From Candidatus Falkowbacteria bacterium (GTDB lineage: Bacteria; Patescibacteriota; Patescibacteriia; Patescibacteriales; WJLG01), in contig CAVVFV010000010.1 in NCBI GenBank assembly GCA_963747695.1, positions 164,451-228,450 on the forward strand: a DNA stretch of 64,000 bases, in the 5' to 3' direction. The notes under the pieces were generated by a model, which did not search any database, was not told the DNA's origin, and was given only the letters and a program-made list of their open reading frames with translations. A program made the position numbers and the translations under genes. This document shows positions 18,933 through 28,759 of this stretch, in pieces (the stretch's first letter is position 1; each line of letters opens with the position of its first letter).

Positions 18933-19220
18933 TTAGGCTTTGAATCCGATCTCCTTATTCAATTCTTCCGCTTCCTTGATCTTGCCGAATTTGGCTTCAT
19001 AATCTTTCAACGCTTTTTCCATCACCGCGATCATCCGTTTATAATGTCCGGGGTTGGAAATTATCTTCGCGACCACGCGGCCGTTCTGCCCGACCAGATT
19101 GAAAAACGGCAAAGTGAATTCATCCTTATTAAAGACGACTTGCATCGCGTTGGTATACTCCCCGCCCGGAATGTTGTCGGCGATCTTAATTTCCACCGGC
19201 TTAGTTTGATTGGGTCCCAT
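18933..19220 (-). CDS. DUF3467-family protein
   Basis: ...IKIADNIPGGEYTNAMQVVFNKDEFTLPFFNLVGQ...AKIISNPGHYKRMIAVMEKALKDYEAKFGKI matches the DUF3467 pattern as I recall it. Confidence 0.55.
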   Translation of the reverse strand: MGPNQTKPVEIKIADNIPGGEYTNAMQVVFNKDEFTLPFFNLVGQNGRVVAKIISNPGHYKRMIAVMEKALKDYEAKFGKIKEAEELNKEIGFKA

Positions 19221-19245
19221 AGTATTAAGAATTATAAATTATAAA

Positions 19246-19818
19246 TTACAAATTATAAATTTTTAATCGATTCTTAAATTCTTTCAAACTTTTCACCCCG
19301 CCCTTTAAAACCGCTTCGTATATTTTAAAGCCGGCGATTATAATCTTGTTATCATTCCTGAATTTTTTTAACGCGAGAATCAGCTCTCTCTGCCGATCGG
19401 AAATTTTTTTCCAGAAAACGATGCTGGCTTTCGTCCTTCTGGCAAATTCCTTTTCGTCCATGAACCAAACATCGATCGTCCAGGTTTCGCCGGCGAATCT
19501 GGTTTTCATGCCGAGATAATGGCCATTAGGAAATTCTTTGCCCATTCTGGGATCATCCCATTTACCGCCGATAAAATAACTCTTGAATTTATTCTGCCAA
19601 TAAAGCCGGTTGAATATCCGTAAAACTTCCTGCCTGGAATATTTTTTTGCTCTCGTCACCTCCAGATCAATATCGCCGTGCATCATCAAACCAAGCGAAT
19701 AGGCGCCGACCAAATGCACCTGGCCGAATTTTGCCAAATCCTTGATCAGTCCGGTCTTGGTCAGTAAATTATCGGCTTGATTTTTATATTTTCGGCTGAT
19801 TCGGGTAAGTTTTGACAT
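19246..19818 (-). CDS. nucleotidyltransferase-fold protein (hypothetical)
   Basis: GAYSLGLMMHGDIDLEV = GS-x9-DxD NTase motif. 190 aa. Confidence 0.5.
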   Translation of the reverse strand: MSKLTRISRKYKNQADNLLTKTGLIKDLAKFGQVHLVGAYSLGLMMHGDIDLEVTRAKKYSRQEVLRIFNRLYWQNKFKSYFIGGKWDDPRMGKEFPNGHYLGMKTRFAGETWTIDVWFMDEKEFARRTKASIVFWKKISDRQRELILALKKFRNDNKIIIAGFKIYEAVLKGGVKSLKEFKNRLKIYNL

Positions 19819-19830
19819 AGATATTTAATT

Positions 19831-19872
19831 CCCCTCTTGGGAGGGGTGTCTGCCCCGCACGGACGGGGTGGG
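19831..19872. repeat. GC-rich palindromic repeat (CCCCTCTTGGGAGGGG core)
   Basis: cccctcttgggaggggtgtctgccccgcacggacggggtggg. Confidence 0.6.
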
Positions 19873-19886
19873 TTTATTGTCTTTCA

Positions 19887-20636
19887 TTATTTAAAAAACT
19901 TTTTTATCTTCCGCCAGAATTGCGGCTTGATCGAGTTGCGAGCGGAAAGATGACCGCCCTTCTTTAAATATAGGTGTTGGCAGCCAAGGTCTTTAACGAA
20001 CTTTTTCACTGATGGCGTACTGATAAGCTTATCGTCATTAGCTTGAATTATGAAAATATTTTTGGCGTTCAATTTTTTTACGACCGAAGCCGGATTATAT
20101 ATTTTACCTTCTTCTAATTTTTTCCAATCGCGGTGATCAAACCGGTATCCTTCGCCGAAGGCCGCACGGGTGAATTTTTCCAGCCAAGGCATCGGTTCGA
20201 TTTTACTATGCACTTCTTCGCGCCAATCAACCACAGGCGAAAACGCCACGGCCTTTTTAACTTTCGGACTCTGCGAGGCCAAGATGACCGCCGGTCCGCC
20301 GAAACTTGAACCGATCAAATAAACCTGCGGCTTCTTTATCTGCAAAACTTTGCCGCTCCACAAATCCTTAAAACCTTTCGGCAGTTCTTCAATAATATCC
20401 AAGATATCCTGATGCGGTGACACTCGCAAAAACTTTCCGCCGCTCTCCCAGGTCCCGCGATATCTCGGCAAGAACGCCCAATAGGCTCGCTTAGCCAGCC
20501 AAAAAAGCATTTCATCACTTCTGCCCGGATAGCCAGGCATGCCGCCGCAAACAATCACCACCTTATTCGATCTCTTCTTAGGAGCAACAAACTCGCAGAT
20601 AATATCTTTCTTAATTCTAGTTCTCAATGTATACAT
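19887..20636 (-). CDS. alpha/beta-hydrolase (esterase/dienelactone-hydrolase-like)
   Basis: GxSxG nucleophile elbow LIGSSFGGPAV. Start trimmed to MYTLRT... because the longer ORF N-terminus is only the translated GC repeat. Confidence 0.6.
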   Translation of the reverse strand: MYTLRTRIKKDIICEFVAPKKRSNKVVIVCGGMPGYPGRSDEMLFWLAKRAYWAFLPRYRGTWESGGKFLRVSPHQDILDIIEELPKGFKDLWSGKVLQIKKPQVYLIGSSFGGPAVILASQSPKVKKAVAFSPVVDWREEVHSKIEPMPWLEKFTRAAFGEGYRFDHRDWKKLEEGKIYNPASVVKKLNAKNIFIIQANDDKLISTPSVKKFVKDLGCQHLYLKKGGHLSARNSIKPQFWRKIKKFFK

Positions 20637-20646
20637 AAATTTAAGT

Positions 20647-20687
20647 CCCCTCTTGAGAGGGGTGGCCGAAGGCCGGGGTGTGTGAAG
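20647..20687. repeat. GC-rich palindromic repeat (CCCCTCTTGAGAGGGG ... CGGGGTGTGTGAAG)
   Basis: Seen in sequence between hydrolase and DUF559 genes. Confidence 0.65.
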
Positions 20688-20691
20688 ATTT

Positions 20692-21054
20692 TCAAAGGCG
20701 CGGACTATTTTTACCCATCCAATCCTTAATCTCCTCGACAATCGCCCAACGGGCATTTTTAACATTGCTATCTGTAAACCGCAAGAATCTTATTCCCAAT
20801 TTTTCCAATTCCCTCTGGCGAATTTCATCTTCAATTTCTTTATATCCGTGCGAATCACCATCGATCTCGATCGCCAGCCGCAATTCGTCGCAGAAAAAAT
20901 CGACAATATAATTTCCCATTGGCTTCTGCCGGTGAAAATTATAACCGCGGATTTTTCTCTGTTTCAACTCCTGCCAAAGCAGTATTTCGGCCAAGGTGCT
21001 ATGTTTTCTCAAATTACGCGCCAGCTGTTTCAATTTTGGATCGTATTTGATCAA
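20692..21054 (-). CDS. DUF559 (very-short-patch-repair-endonuclease-like) domain protein
   Basis: ...LARNLRKHSTLAEILLWQELKQRKIRGYNFHRQKPMGNYIVDFFCDELRLAIEIDGDSHGYKEIEDEIRQRELEKLGIRFLRF... is a near-textbook DUF559 match. Start is uncertain (TTG at 21054 or upstream). Confidence 0.7.
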   Translation of the reverse strand: MIKYDPKLKQLARNLRKHSTLAEILLWQELKQRKIRGYNFHRQKPMGNYIVDFFCDELRLAIEIDGDSHGYKEIEDEIRQRELEKLGIRFLRFTDSNVKNARWAIVEEIKDWMGKNSPRL

Positions 21055-21115
21055 TAATTTTGTTTTTCTTATCCCCCTCCTTATTAATAAATTATATTTC
21101 CCGCCGCTTCCCAAT

Positions 21116-21247
21116 CTTCACACACCCCGTCAGTCCGCGGCGGACTGCCACCCCTCTCTAGAGGGGACTTTTTCCGACGCCGGTTTCTTCGTTGCGAAGT
21201 CCCCTCTGGAGAGGGGTGCCGAGCCCGGCGAGGCGGGGTGTGTGAAG
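21116..21247. repeat. compound GC-rich palindromic element: outer CTTCACACACCCCG/CGGGGTGTGTGAAG arms enclosing two CCCCTCT..GAGAGGGG hairpins
   Basis: Seen directly. 14-bp perfect outer inverted repeat. Inner cccctctctagagggg and cccctctggagagggg. Confidence 0.7.
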
Positions 21248-21272
21248 ATGTTATTTGCGACAAAATGATTTT

Positions 21273-23180
21273 TTACTTCTTTTCTTGGTATTCTCCTTCA
21301 ACCGGACCCTGTTCATCTTTCTTCGCTTCTCCGGCGTTAGGTTGTTCGGCACCCGGAGCTCCGGCACCCGGCTGACCCGCTTGTGATTGGTACATCTTCG
21401 CGCCGATCGATTGCGCGAGCTGATTCATTTCTTCCAATTTTTTCTTGATCGCCTCGGTATCCGTGCCGTCCTTGATCTTTTTCAGATCTTCGACATGATC
21501 GGTTAAAGTCTTGATATCTTCCGGCGACATTTTGGCGCCCATATCTTTGATCAATTTTTCCGTCTGGAAAATCACACCCTCGGCTTGATTTTTCAGATCA
21601 ATGCTTTCCTTTTTCTTCTTGTCATCCTCGGCATGCAGTTCGGCTTCTTTCTTCATCTTCTCCACTTCTTCCTTGGATAAACCAGAGGAAGCAGTGATGG
21701 TGATCTTCTGCTGTTTATTGGAAGCTTTGTCGGTCGCGGAAACATTCAAGATGCCGTTGGCGTCGATATCAAATTTAACTTCAACTTGCGGGACACCGCG
21801 AGGAGCCGGCGGAATGCCGTCGAGCATAAATCTGCCCAAAGTTTTATTATCAGTCGCCATTGGCCGTTCGCCTTGGAGAATATGGATTTCGACGGAAGTC
21901 TGGCCATCAGCCGCGGTCGAGAAGACCTGGGATTTCTGTGTCGGGATGGTGGTGTTGCGTTCGATCAATGGAGTGGACACGCCGCCCAAAGTCTCAATGC
22001 CCAAAGTCAAAGGCGTCACATCAAGCAACAAGATATCTTTCACTTCGCCTCTTAAAATACCGCCTTGCACGCCGGCGCCAGCCGCCACGACTTCATCCGG
22101 ATTGACTGACATATTCGGGTCTTTCTTGAAAAAATCTTTAACCAGGGCTTGCACCATCGGCATGCGAGTCTGGCCGCCGACCAAAACGACTTCTTGCAGA
22201 TCTTCAACTTTCATTCCCGCGTCAGCCAAAGCTTTTTTGCAAGGCTCGATAGTTTTCTGCACCAAATCGCCCACCAATTCTTCCAATTTCGCGCGAGTCA
22301 TTTTTTTCACCAAATGCTTCGGACCTTCCGCGCCGACAGTAATGAAAGGCTGATTGATTTCGGTTTCCATCGCGCTCGACAATTCGATCTTGGCTTTTTC
22401 GGCCGCTTCCTTGATGCGCTGCAAAGCCAGCGGATCTTTGGACAAGTCCACGCCGTTCTCGCGCTTGAAATCATCCAAAATCCAATTGATGATGCGCTGA
22501 TCAAAATCCGCGCCGCCCAAATGCGTATCGCCGTTGGTGGCTTTCACCATCACGCTGTCGCCGGAAACATCCAAAATGGAAACATCGAAAGTTCCGCCGC
22601 CCAAATCGTAGACCACGATCTGATGGCCTTGCTTCTTGTCCATACCGTAAGCCAAAGCGGCCGCGGTCGGTTCGTTGATAATTCTTTTCACATCTAGCCC
22701 AGCTATCTGGCCGGCATCTTTGGTCGCCTGTCTTTGCGAATCGTTGAAGTAAGCCGGCACGGTGATGATCGCTTCGGTGATGGTTTCGCCCAAACGCGCT
22801 TCGGCATCAGCTTTTAATTTTGACAAGATCTTGGCGGAAATTTCCTGCGGAGTATATTCTTTGCCGGAAATGATGATCTTCACGCCTTCGCCGGCCTGCA
22901 CGATCTTGAACGGCATATTCTTGAGGTCGCGCTGAACTTCGGCATCATTGAAATGACGGCCGATCAAACGCTTAACTTCAAAAATCGTGTTCTCCGGATT
23001 AGTGACGGCTTGCCGTTTCGCTGAAGCGCCCACCAGCCATTCGCCGGATTTGGAAATCGCGACGATGGACGGAGTAGTTCTCATGCCTTCCGAATTTTCT
23101 AAAATTTTCGGCTGCCCGCCTTCGACGATCGCCATCGCGGAGTTAGTTGTTCCTAAGTCGATTCCTAGTATTTTACTCAT
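21273..23180 (-). CDS. dnaK: molecular chaperone DnaK (Hsp70)
   Basis: [10 protein letters not shown]..., [20 protein letters not shown]-terminal lid. 635 aa. Confidence 0.97.
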   Translation of the reverse strand: MSKILGIDLGTTNSAMAIVEGGQPKILENSEGMRTTPSIVAISKSGEWLVGASAKRQAVTNPENTIFEVKRLIGRHFNDAEVQRDLKNMPFKIVQAGEGVKIIISGKEYTPQEISAKILSKLKADAEARLGETITEAIITVPAYFNDSQRQATKDAGQIAGLDVKRIINEPTAAALAYGMDKKQGHQIVVYDLGGGTFDVSILDVSGDSVMVKATNGDTHLGGADFDQRIINWILDDFKRENGVDLSKDPLALQRIKEAAEKAKIELSSAMETEINQPFITVGAEGPKHLVKKMTRAKLEELVGDLVQKTIEPCKKALADAGMKVEDLQEVVLVGGQTRMPMVQALVKDFFKKDPNMSVNPDEVVAAGAGVQGGILRGEVKDILLLDVTPLTLGIETLGGVSTPLIERNTTIPTQKSQVFSTAADGQTSVEIHILQGERPMATDNKTLGRFMLDGIPPAPRGVPQVEVKFDIDANGILNVSATDKASNKQQKITITASSGLSKEEVEKMKKEAELHAEDDKKKKESIDLKNQAEGVIFQTEKLIKDMGAKMSPEDIKTLTDHVEDLKKIKDGTDTEAIKKKLEEMNQLAQSIGAKMYQSQAGQPGAGAPGAEQPNAGEAKKDEQGPVEGEYQEKK

Positions 23181-23211
23181 AGATTTTTTTATTAAATTAA
23201 TTTTTATAAAA

Positions 23212-23451
23212 CTAAATTTTACCCTGTTTTATATTCATCTTCTCCCTTGCAGTTAAAGTTTTTGAATCCGGACATTTATCTTTTAAAATTTTCATTATTC
23301 CTTTTAATTCATCAATGACTTCCTTAGAAAGACAGGCTTCGGATTGAATATTTTCGTTTGAATTTAAATTTTGAATCCTTGAATGAATTCCTGCTTTAAG
23401 CTCGCGATATTTTTTTATTAATTTTTCACAATCATTATTTTGATTTTCCAT
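23212..23451 (-). CDS. hypothetical small protein
   Basis: 79-aa ORF between dnaK and the membrane protein. No motif recognised. Confidence 0.35.
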   Translation of the reverse strand: MENQNNDCEKLIKKYRELKAGIHSRIQNLNSNENIQSEACLSKEVIDELKGIMKILKDKCPDSKTLTAREKMNIKQGKI

Positions 23452-23454
23452 AAT

Positions 23455-24228
23455 TTATTTTTTAGCTCTGGCAGAGTCTTGCCCTAAGGACTCCGACGAG
23501 GCCAATTTTTTAGATTCTTCCCACGTTTTATTAATTTCTTTTTGGCGTAATTTCTTTAATTCCGCGGAATCGCAATAATCACCGCCAAGCTGATCTTTAA
23601 AACGTTTTTCTATTTCTTCCATTCTTATATATAACTTTTCTCTTGCGTAAAGGTGCTCTTGTCCATCCTCTCTAGATAAATAATTTAATATTTCCATCTC
23701 GTGAACAACATCTCCTAATACATCCATGTAGTCAGTCCAGTCTTTAACCACCCTATCAAGCAATGTTTTATCATGTTTAAAGCGTTCGCTAAGGCGAATA
23801 AAGTTTTTTTTACCACAATCAAACGAAGCAATCTCTATTCCGTTTTGTTCACCATCTTTCAAATCCCTTGTTTTTATTTTATTTAAAAGAAAACTTTCCT
23901 TTTGTTCAATTTCGGCTCGTACATCTTCGTTAGCTCCGTCAGAGGCTTCCTCCACAGACCCCGATGATATCAAACGCTGCTTAATTTTTCCTTTTTTACC
24001 ATACACTAGTAATTTATAAATTTTATATGTCAGAAAAGCTGAGCCAAAAGCCCCAATTAAAATTGCTGCCGAATTTACATCAGAATATACTCTGGCATTT
24101 TCCGAAATATGTATTCCAATCATATTTAATACTAAAGTCGTGATCAATGCCACGATAAATTTAATCACTTGGTAAAAAATTATTAATGTAAAAAAACCAA
24201 TTACAAATCCTAAAATTTTTTTTCCCAT
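23455..24228 (-). CDS. membrane-anchored hypothetical protein (2 N-terminal TM helices, charged coiled C-terminal region)
   Basis: 257-aa ORF with hydrophobic N-terminus. Confidence 0.45.
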   Translation of the reverse strand: MGKKILGFVIGFFTLIIFYQVIKFIVALITTLVLNMIGIHISENARVYSDVNSAAILIGAFGSAFLTYKIYKLLVYGKKGKIKQRLISSGSVEEASDGANEDVRAEIEQKESFLLNKIKTRDLKDGEQNGIEIASFDCGKKNFIRLSERFKHDKTLLDRVVKDWTDYMDVLGDVVHEMEILNYLSREDGQEHLYAREKLYIRMEEIEKRFKDQLGGDYCDSAELKKLRQKEINKTWEESKKLASSESLGQDSARAKK

Positions 24229-24299
24229 AGTTGTTAGTTCAAATTAATTAATTTTGGCTCTGACAGAGTCTCGCGGCTGCAGACTCTGCCAAGGCTGAT

Positions 24300-24346
24300 C
24301 TTCACACACCCCGTCCGCGCGGCGCGGCCACCCCTCTCAAGAGGGG
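24300..24346. repeat. GC-rich palindromic repeat (CTTCACACACCCCG ... CCCCTCTCAAGAGGGG)
   Basis: Seen in sequence. Followed at 24360-24470 by a further GC-rich palindromic stretch (gtcattgcgagcgcctcgcgaagc...). Confidence 0.6.
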
Positions 24347-24481
24347 AATTTTACTTGTCATTGCGAGCGCCTCGCGAAGCAGTCTCGCCCTGACTGCGTC
24401 TGCTCTTGGGCAGGACATATTAGCCGCGAGGCGCGGGTTTGCTTCGTCGCTAATCGCTCCTCGCATATGTGTTATGTTTTT

Positions 24482-24916
24482 TTATTTCTTCTCAATCTTA
24501 ATATTTTTTACGACCTGTTCGGTTCCCGCTTCGGAATACTGAATTTTCAAGATGCCGGACTCGGAAATGGCCGAGGCTCTGTCGCCGTCCACATGAGCCG
24601 GTAACGGAATGGAACGGAAGAATGAGCCGCGGCGGATTTCTTTGCGGTAATAATCTTTATCTTCCACCTCGCTTTTCTTTTCGCTTTCGCCCTTGATCGT
24701 CAACACATCATTTTCGATGGCGATGGAAACTTTTTCCGGATCGATTCCGGCTAATTGCGTTTCGACAATTAAATTACCGCCATCCTCATATATATCCACG
24801 GCTGGGACAAAGCCGGCGGAATCGGTGCGGCGCACCATCGGCACGAATTCAGAGAACATCTTGTCCGTATCATCGAACCCGTCGAAGAACGGACTCCACT
24901 TGATTAAATTGCTCAT
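24482..24916 (-). CDS. Hsp20/alpha-crystallin family small heat-shock protein
   Basis: ...PAVDIYEDGGNLIVETQLAGIDPEKVSIAIENDVLTIKGE... alpha-crystallin domain pattern. Confidence 0.85.
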   Translation of the reverse strand: MSNLIKWSPFFDGFDDTDKMFSEFVPMVRRTDSAGFVPAVDIYEDGGNLIVETQLAGIDPEKVSIAIENDVLTIKGESEKKSEVEDKDYYRKEIRRGSFFRSIPLPAHVDGDRASAISESGILKIQYSEAGTEQVVKNIKIEKK

Positions 24917-24926
24917 ATTTTTTTAC

Positions 24927-25038
24927 ATTGTCATTCCGACCGAGCACGCCGCGTGCGAGCGGAGGAACCGCTTCGAGTTATTTAAAACTTTAAGGGGTCC
25001 TTCGACTGCGGCCGAGGCGGCCTTCGCTCAGGATGACA
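24927..25038. repeat. PE-1 palindromic element copy 2 (intergenic hsp20/grpE)
   Basis: ttgtcattccgaccgagcacgccgcgtgcgagcggaggaaccgcttcgag...aaggggtccttcgactgcggccgaggcggccttcgctcaggatgacaa. Confidence 0.75.
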
Positions 25039-25052
25039 AAAAAAATAAATTA

Positions 25053-25568
25053 TTACTCTAGAACTACGCGGGCGGCACGGATTACTTTGCCGTTTAATTT
25101 ATAGCCGGTCATAATCTCTTTCGCGACTTTTTCGCCGGTGCCTTCGACCGCTTCCATTTCGGCCGGATTGAATTTCTCGCCGATCGTTTTTATCTCATCA
25201 ACGCCATTCACGCTCAGTAAATCTTTAAATTGCTTCACGGTATATTCCACGCCCTTCACCCAGGCGCTGGCCTTTTCAGCTTCCGGCAAAGATATGATGG
25301 ATAATTTCAAATGATCGTAGACCATCAAAAATTCCGATAGAACTTCCTGATTGGCATATTTCACGAATTCATCCTTTTCGATCGATTGCCGTTTGATCAG
25401 ATTCTGTTCTTCCGCCAGCACGCGCAAATACTTATCATTGGCGTCTTTCAATTCGGTTTCCAAACGCAGAATTTTTTCATCAGCAGTTTCTTCCTGCGGT
25501 GCAATTTCTTCATTATTTTTTCCCTTGTCCTCCGTATCTTTAGCGGAGGAGGATTTTTCTTCTGACAT
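25053..25568 (-). CDS. grpE: nucleotide exchange factor GrpE
   Basis: Coiled N-terminus then ...YLRVLAEEQNLIKRQSIEKDEFVKYANQEVLSEFLMVYDHLKLS... GrpE pattern. Confidence 0.85.
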   Translation of the reverse strand: MSEEKSSSAKDTEDKGKNNEEIAPQEETADEKILRLETELKDANDKYLRVLAEEQNLIKRQSIEKDEFVKYANQEVLSEFLMVYDHLKLSIISLPEAEKASAWVKGVEYTVKQFKDLLSVNGVDEIKTIGEKFNPAEMEAVEGTGEKVAKEIMTGYKLNGKVIRAARVVLE

Positions 25569-25578
25569 ATTTAATCTT

Positions 25579-25692
25579 CTGTCATTCCGACCGAACGCGC
25601 CGCGCGTGAGCGGAGGAACCGCTTCGAGTTTTTTAAAAACTTTAAGGGGTCCTTCGACTGCGGCCGCGGCGGCCTTCGCTCAGGATGACAAA
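25579..25692. repeat. PE-1 palindromic element copy 3 (intergenic grpE/hrcA)
   Basis: ctgtcattccgaccgaacgcgccgcgcgtgagcggaggaaccgcttcgag...ggccttcgctcaggatgacaa. Confidence 0.75.
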
Positions 25693-25699
25693 ATAATTT

Positions 25700-26398
25700 T
25701 TAACTTTTAACTTTTAACTTATTTAAAATATACTCAACTAGCGACAGATTCCGTTCGTAGTCCATCCGCATCGGGCCGAGGATGCCGAACAAGCCGGATT
25801 GATTGCCGCGTTTGTATTTGGCAAGGATCGCGCCGCAGAAATTGCCGAACGGATTTTCTTCGCCGATCATAATTTGCGCTTCGGTGCCGGTCTTTTCAAA
25901 AATATTATCGATAATCTCGTCCATCCGGTCGATCACGGCGGATACATTATATACCAAGCCGCTGTTCAAGAATTCCGGCTGCTGAAAAAGATTGGATAAT
26001 CCAGTGTAATAAAGATTATTTTTGTGGAAAGCCCAGAACACAGCGGAATCGGTCAGCGCCGCCAAAGTCTTGGCCGTGTCGCGCATCGCTCCCTCGTCCG
26101 AATCACCCAAAGCAATATCTAATTCCTGCAAATCTTTATCTTTGATTTTCTTCGCTTTTTTCTTGCCGATCACTTCCGCTAAATATAATTTATAGGCGGC
26201 TTCGGTGGGAACGCGGCCGGCGGAAGTGTGAGGCTGGCGGATAAATCCTTCCTCTTCCAGTTCCGCCATAATATTGCGCACGGTCGCCGAAGAGCAATCC
26301 AGTTTATATTTCTCCACCAAATTCGAAGACCCGACCGGTGCGCCGGTCGAAATATGTTCTTTAATGATGGCTTCAAGAATTTGTTTTTTCCGATCCAT
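25700..26398 (-). CDS. hrcA: heat-inducible transcription repressor HrcA (short form)
   Basis: N-terminal winged helix ILEAIIKEHISTGAPVGSSNLVEKYKLDCSSATVRNIMAELEEEGFIRQPHTSAGRVPT. A CIRCE operator lies upstream. Confidence 0.85.
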   Translation of the reverse strand: MDRKKQILEAIIKEHISTGAPVGSSNLVEKYKLDCSSATVRNIMAELEEEGFIRQPHTSAGRVPTEAAYKLYLAEVIGKKKAKKIKDKDLQELDIALGDSDEGAMRDTAKTLAALTDSAVFWAFHKNNLYYTGLSNLFQQPEFLNSGLVYNVSAVIDRMDEIIDNIFEKTGTEAQIMIGEENPFGNFCGAILAKYKRGNQSGLFGILGPMRMDYERNLSLVEYILNKLKVKS

Positions 26399-26545
26399 AG
26401 TTTTTCGCTTCGCTCGGCCGCACTACTGATGCGGCGCATACGAATATTACGTAATGTTGATCTACGAATGCATCCAAATCACTAAATTAATGTTCGAGTC
26501 ATTCAGCTTCGCTCGTAGATTGGAATTATTATCATAATACTTTAT

Positions 26546-26572
26546 TTAGCACTCAGGTGTCAAGAGTGCTAA
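26546..26572. promoter_or_regulatory. CIRCE operator (TTAGCACTC-N9-GAGTGCTAA), HrcA binding site
   Basis: Perfect consensus inverted repeat ttagcactc aggtgtcaa gagtgctaa, ~150 nt upstream of hrcA. Confidence 0.9.
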
Positions 26573-26692
26573 ATAATCAGCAATTAACCATTCCCGCTCT
26601 TGACTATTTTAATTTTTTATGCCAAATTATAATCGGTTCGTTTACAATCAATTCTTGTCCGATATTTTTCAAATCCCAAAAAGGAGAAACGT

Positions 26693-28048
26693 ATGGAAGG
26701 TAAATTTTTTAAAGGCTCAGTAAGCGGCTTTCCGCTTCGCGGTAGGCTGATAAATTTCGGCAGCGGCGACGCCGGCAAAACGCTTTCGGCCGCCACGAAA
26801 GTGGCCAAGGGCGCGTTGGTAGTCGGCGGCGGCCTGGCTGTCGCCAGCGGCATTATCAACCTGTTCAAATTCGGGGGTAGCTTATTAACAGCTGCTTTTG
26901 AGTCGTATGAGAGTGAAGAAGAGAAAAAAGAAAGAATCAGAAGGGAAGAAGAAATAGCCAGGGAATTGGCAAAGCAGCGGAGCAGACAGGCCTTAGAAAA
27001 ATTCAAAAATGGACTTCCCGAAATGCTGACGATCGATCTCTTGTGCATGGCCAAAACTGAGGACCAATTATTTTATGGCATTTGCGCCAGTGATAATCTG
27101 GATATCTTTTGTGAACATGAACCGTTTTCAATCCCGATTAAATTAATCAAGTTGATTACCCAGATTGAAAACCGGGGAACCCTGCTGAATGCGGTCGTCC
27201 TGCTTGACGGTTCAACTTTCGTCGTTAACGATTATTTGGACGAATTACCGACTTTGAATTTCTGGACTGTCGCCGGACTGCACAAGATTCCTCTTGGTTC
27301 AGATCTCCAGTTTGTCAGCGGAATGATGCCCAAAGATAAAGAGCAACTTGCTCAAAACTTGAGAACCTTCATGGCCCAAAAGGAAGATGATATAATTTCC
27401 CTGCTCGGCGAAGAGGGGCTGATGAAAATATTGACCGAATGCGGTATTAACCCGGTGCCAAGGCGATTAGCTGGCCTGACTCCGGCCGCCAATTGCGAAA
27501 AACAAAAAGCCGAACCGCCGCACGAGGGGGAAAGCCCCGCTACTGCAACAGAAAAAACTCCGCTGGCGGATTCAGACTCAACTTCCCGCAAAGAAGAAAC
27601 AGCTGTTCCGGATACCCAGCCCAGCGAACAGCTGAAAAGAGCGGCGATCTATGCCAAGCTGGATGAAGTCGACCGCCAAAAACTGATGACCAATTTTGAA
27701 CGGGCGGAAGAAACTGTTCCGTCAGAAAAAGCAATGCTGCTCGAAACGGAGCGACTAATCAAGAAGGTCAAATTCCATATAAAAGAGCTCGAATTTAGGA
27801 TTCGCCGGCTGTCCAATGAATTCAAATTTGACCGGAAGACACTCAAATCCAACAAAAATATCGTCAAGATTTTCAAAAACAACAAGGAGCAATATGAGGA
27901 GAACTTGCTCGAACTGGAAACTAACGCCAAAGACCTGCGACTGCAGCTAAGTAAGTGGGCGGAATATAAGAAAATAATATTCACCAGCGATGCCGACGGA
28001 TTAGATTCACTGGGCGAAGAGCTTCGGCGCGCGACTTTGGTGCAATGA
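26693..28048 (+). CDS. hypothetical protein (451 aa, Gly-rich N-terminus, charged coiled C-terminal half)
   Basis: AAAGGAG RBS 7 nt upstream of ATG. No recognisable domain. Antisense ORF 26617..27054 rejected. Confidence 0.6.
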   Translation: MEGKFFKGSVSGFPLRGRLINFGSGDAGKTLSAATKVAKGALVVGGGLAVASGIINLFKFGGSLLTAAFESYESEEEKKERIRREEEIARELAKQRSRQALEKFKNGLPEMLTIDLLCMAKTEDQLFYGICASDNLDIFCEHEPFSIPIKLIKLITQIENRGTLLNAVVLLDGSTFVVNDYLDELPTLNFWTVAGLHKIPLGSDLQFVSGMMPKDKEQLAQNLRTFMAQKEDDIISLLGEEGLMKILTECGINPVPRRLAGLTPAANCEKQKAEPPHEGESPATATEKTPLADSDSTSRKEETAVPDTQPSEQLKRAAIYAKLDEVDRQKLMTNFERAEETVPSEKAMLLETERLIKKVKFHIKELEFRIRRLSNEFKFDRKTLKSNKNIVKIFKNNKEQYEENLLELETNAKDLRLQLSKWAEYKKIIFTSDADGLDSLGEELRRATLVQ

Positions 28049-28104
28049 ATGCCAAAATTCGCCAACGGTAGTTGTCGGCAAACTTCTCAACCAGTTTTCA
28101 ATCA

Positions 28105-28138
28105 GCGCGCGTCCATTCCTCTGGACGCGCTTTTTTTA
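28105..28138 (+). terminator. rho-independent terminator
   Basis: agcgcgcgtccattcctctggacgcgc followed by tttttttag. Confidence 0.65.
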
Positions 28139-28192
28139 GCTTCTTCGAACCATTTTTTCAACAAAAAAAAGCAACCCAAGGGGGTTGCAGTT

Positions 28193-28759
28193 CTACTTGG
28201 CAGCAAACGCTAAATCGTTGCTGCTGAACATTTGCTTTTGCATCGCATCGTGCAGACAATGGAATGCCTCGGCCTTGCTGTTCCGCTGAACTTCGGCGAC
28301 TCGCAGCCGCGCCGCTTTGATCCGTTCAAACGAATCTTTCTCCTCTTTTTTCAAGCCGGCTGCCGTCCCCAGCGACAATTCATCGAGCAGCGATAGTGCC
28401 CGGTCCCAATCACCCAAATTGCTGTAAAGGCCGGATTGAAAGAACATCACGTATCGGCTTTTTTTGCCCGGTCGGCTTTGACCATTTTCCGGTTCAAAAG
28501 CATCGAGCTGCTCAGCGGAATCAGACGGATTGAGCGTTGCATACAGATCGGCGGCATGGTTCAAGAGAATTTCGGCCGACTTGAGCCATCCCAAGCGCCG
28601 ACAAGTTTCGCCCAGATAATAATAGACTGTGTGGCTGTTCGGGTTATTTTTCCGCGCCTGGCGAAAATGTATTAACGCCTCGTCCAGATTATTTTCTTCC
28701 AGACTCAATATTCCAAGATTGCAGCGAGCTTCAAACCCCAGTTTTTTAGCCATAGCCAT
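28193..28759 (-). CDS. TPR-repeat protein
   Basis: Repeated A/L/Y-rich 34-residue-like units (…EALIHFRQARKNNPNSHTVYYYLGETCRRLGWLKSAEILLNHAADLY…). Confidence 0.55.
   Translation of the reverse strand: MAMAKKLGFEARCNLGILSLEENNLDEALIHFRQARKNNPNSHTVYYYLGETCRRLGWLKSAEILLNHAADLYATLNPSDSAEQLDAFEPENGQSRPGKKSRYVMFFQSGLYSNLGDWDRALSLLDELSLGTAAGLKKEEKDSFERIKAARLRVAEVQRNSKAEAFHCLHDAMQKQMFSSNDLAFAAK

Noticed and set aside
19887-20765. N-terminal 43 aa of the hydrolase ORF
   Set aside because: They are only the translation of the GC-rich repeat (FENLHTPRPSATPLKRGLKF). Start moved to MYTLRT (20636).
21601-22697. Several 60-250-aa ORFs inside dnaK on both strands (and similar ones inside rpsA, helicase, ppsA, recombinase)
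   Set aside because: Out-of-frame or antisense shadows of long, well-supported genes.
26617-27054. 145-aa minus-strand ORF
   Set aside because: Antisense shadow of the RBS-supported plus-strand gene 26693..28048.
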